Of a DNA stretch of 64,000 bases, positions 61,972 through 64,000 are shown piece by piece. The stretch is from assembly GCA_965649825.1 (NCBI GenBank), contig OZ287694.1, positions 805,197 to 869,196 of the forward strand. Reading direction: 5' to 3'. The notes beneath the pieces are model-generated. The model was given only the letters and a program-made list of their open reading frames with translations, was not told the origin of the DNA and did not search any database. The translations under genes were made by a program, and so were the position numbers. Numbering within the stretch: the stretch's first letter is position 1; each line of letters starts with the position of its first letter. This stretch comes from Penicillus capitatus. Lineage: Eukaryota > Plantae > Chlorophyta.

Positions 61972-64000
61972 CTACAGAGCACATCTATGTCGAGCCGATT
62001 CTTTGGCAGGCAGTGGAAGAGTGACCATATGTGGCAGATTCTTGGCAAAGGGGTCTTTCATTGGATTCCATTGGCGATACTGGTCATTGCCGCGAGCCAT
62101 CTCCACAGAAGGCGGCACGTATTTCTCACCAGTATCAGACACCAAAGCAGGCGACACGCCAATGGACACCTTCCTCCTCCTTGATCACACAAACGCACCA
62201 TAAAGATGTTTGATACGTATCACGAAGCTTGCCTCTGCTTTTCGGTTATAACATTCCTGTACGATTTTGTCTGCCGATTGCGGCGATGGACTTTCAACGA
62301 TTCCACGATCTTGGGCAATCGAAAGAACTTCGCCTCGTCCAACAGCATTCCGAACTCATACTTGTCTTCGGGCAAATTCACATCTCTGCAATGGTGTCTT
62401 CATAGAATGACTAAGCATTGCGTACAGACTTACTGCAGATTCGAGTATTTCACGTCTCTCAGGAGATCGAGTATCAAAGCGAAGATATTTGGATCGCGAT
62501 TCAATACAAACTCCAAATCTCCCACTTTCCTAAGTTCTTTGCCTGGACCCTGGCCCAGCTTGGTTCGACGCCTTTTCTCTTTGTTTTGCTTCTCTGGATG
62601 CAGCATCATGCAGAAATAGGAATCTGGAATGACTTCCAGTGTGCTCTTCGCCGTCACGAATGTCCGTCCGGAGACGTGAATGGTGACAGCGTCTGACGAC
62701 AAAACCATCTTGGAAGGCTGAGGTGGCGACAGATCTGCCTCCATCTCATACGCCAGCTCCGGCTCCACAGCATCAAGCCGTGCCAAGAGTGACTCATGAT
62801 TGAGTCTCTTTGCCAGCTCTCTTGCAGTCTCCCCCTCACTGTTCTTCAGTTCCGCATCTTGTTTTGCCGTAAGTAGGGCCGACATGGCGCGTTCTTGTGC
62901 CCATCGTATGGCGGTGTGCACAGGCGCCTCGCCATCATGATTCAGAATCTTACGATCGGCACCGTACTCTACAAGCTGTCCACATAACTCAGAATGTCCA
63001 CACGATGCACTCCAGTGCAGTGGAGTATTCCCTTGCTAAACACACACATCACCCTTTTCGCAATAGATGTATATTTTTACAAAGTCTTGGAGATTAATGT
63101 CCGCCTCCGTTTCCTTTAAGACGGGCGCCATTTGTCGAGTGTTCCGAAAACTTATATAGTGCCAAGCATTCCAACCATCCTACACGCACTGTCGACCATC
63201 GATCAAAGGCAGAGGGAGATAATGATCCGAGCCTTGTCGCGAACAGTGGCATCTGCTCCGGCATCCAACAGAAGGCTTGCCACTTTGTCATGGCTCCCTG
63301 CCAAGGCCAACAACAAGGCCGTCCGATCCATCTAAAACCAAAAAATGACTCCAAATCTCCCTGGCAATTTTCTCAACAAACAGCTTGGCTTGCTCTCACC
63401 TTGTCTTTGAGATCGAGGTTTGCCTTAGCCGCGATTAAGAGCTGCGTCACCATAAAGTTCCCATTTCGTGCCGCCGTCATCAGAGGACTCGTTTTCTCCT
63501 AGAGAATACGTGTGAGATGTGTGAGACGATGATGTGACGTACGTAGTCAAGGATATCGATCTTTGGATCCTTCATCAAGAAAAGCTTCACCATTGCATGA
63601 CGTCCTCGATCACATGCGTAATGCAATGGCGTCCACAGACTGCTATCAAACTTCGTGCAATCCGCTCCTTCGTCCAGCAAGTCCGCCGCCAAGAAATGAT
63701 TCCCCTCGCGTGCGAAGCGGCACAGCGATTTGACTAACTGATGCATTGCTTTCGGAATCTCTGCCAACAACGCATACACAAAGCCATCATGACGGACTGG
63801 GCACACGCACTGCTTCGAGGTCGAGGTTTTATGGGCGTGTAGATATATTCCTTTTCATCAAAGTACTTCTCATCATCCAGATCTCCGGGATCCATGGTCT
63901 CCCAAAACGGTCGGTGTTTTGTAGCGGGTCGCAGCGCCTCGACACCGTACCGGGAGATGAATTCATCCCTGGTGTCAGAGGACTCACGAAAAGACCGTCC
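61972..64000 (-). CDS. Ankyrin-repeat + BTB/POZ (KCTD/T1-type) protein, 5' partial
   Basis: Ankyrin motifs (WTPLHYAC..GR, NGNFMV..LL, HTAIRWA). T1-BTB motifs VTIHVSGRTFVT.KSTL...PDSYF and LNRDPNIFALILDLLR. Confidence 0.75.

Overview
Gene-dense nuclear DNA of a photosynthetic eukaryote: about 52% GC by eye, standard genetic code, many ~45-65 nt spliceosomal introns. Nucleus-encoded plastid genes (rpl3, sigma factor, HCF244, OEP80, ClpD) and a PiT/PTB phosphate symporter point to a chlorophyte green alga; the lineage is an inference. The window holds ~30 housekeeping genes, often in tight head-to-head pairs, plus tRNA-His(GUG) and tRNA-Val(UAC). The main structural feature is a ~7 kb segment present twice in inverted orientation (11945-19285 and 41007-47877), where the left copy is a circular permutation of the right one. 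The U2A' gene is intact at 40983-42259(-), but in the left copy it is cut inside an exon: the 3' part sits at the left end, a 5' part sits at the right end, and the two breakpoints coincide (2-nt CA overlap). This is the footprint expected from duplication through an extrachromosomal circular DNA intermediate. Each copy contains a truncated Pmp-like repeat gene between two ~350-440 bp direct repeats that carry arrays of ~23-bp hairpin units. An SMC1 5' relic lies in the right copy and leaves only a remnant in the left. Other points of interest are a candidate H/ACA snoRNA in an RPS19 intron, a head-to-head pair of arogenate/prephenate dehydratases with altered ACT motifs, a nucleus-encoded mitochondrial rps19, a divergent plastid sigma factor and an over-represented GATGTGAC motif. 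All alignments, counts and exon calls were done by eye, so coordinates of gene ends may be off by some bases.
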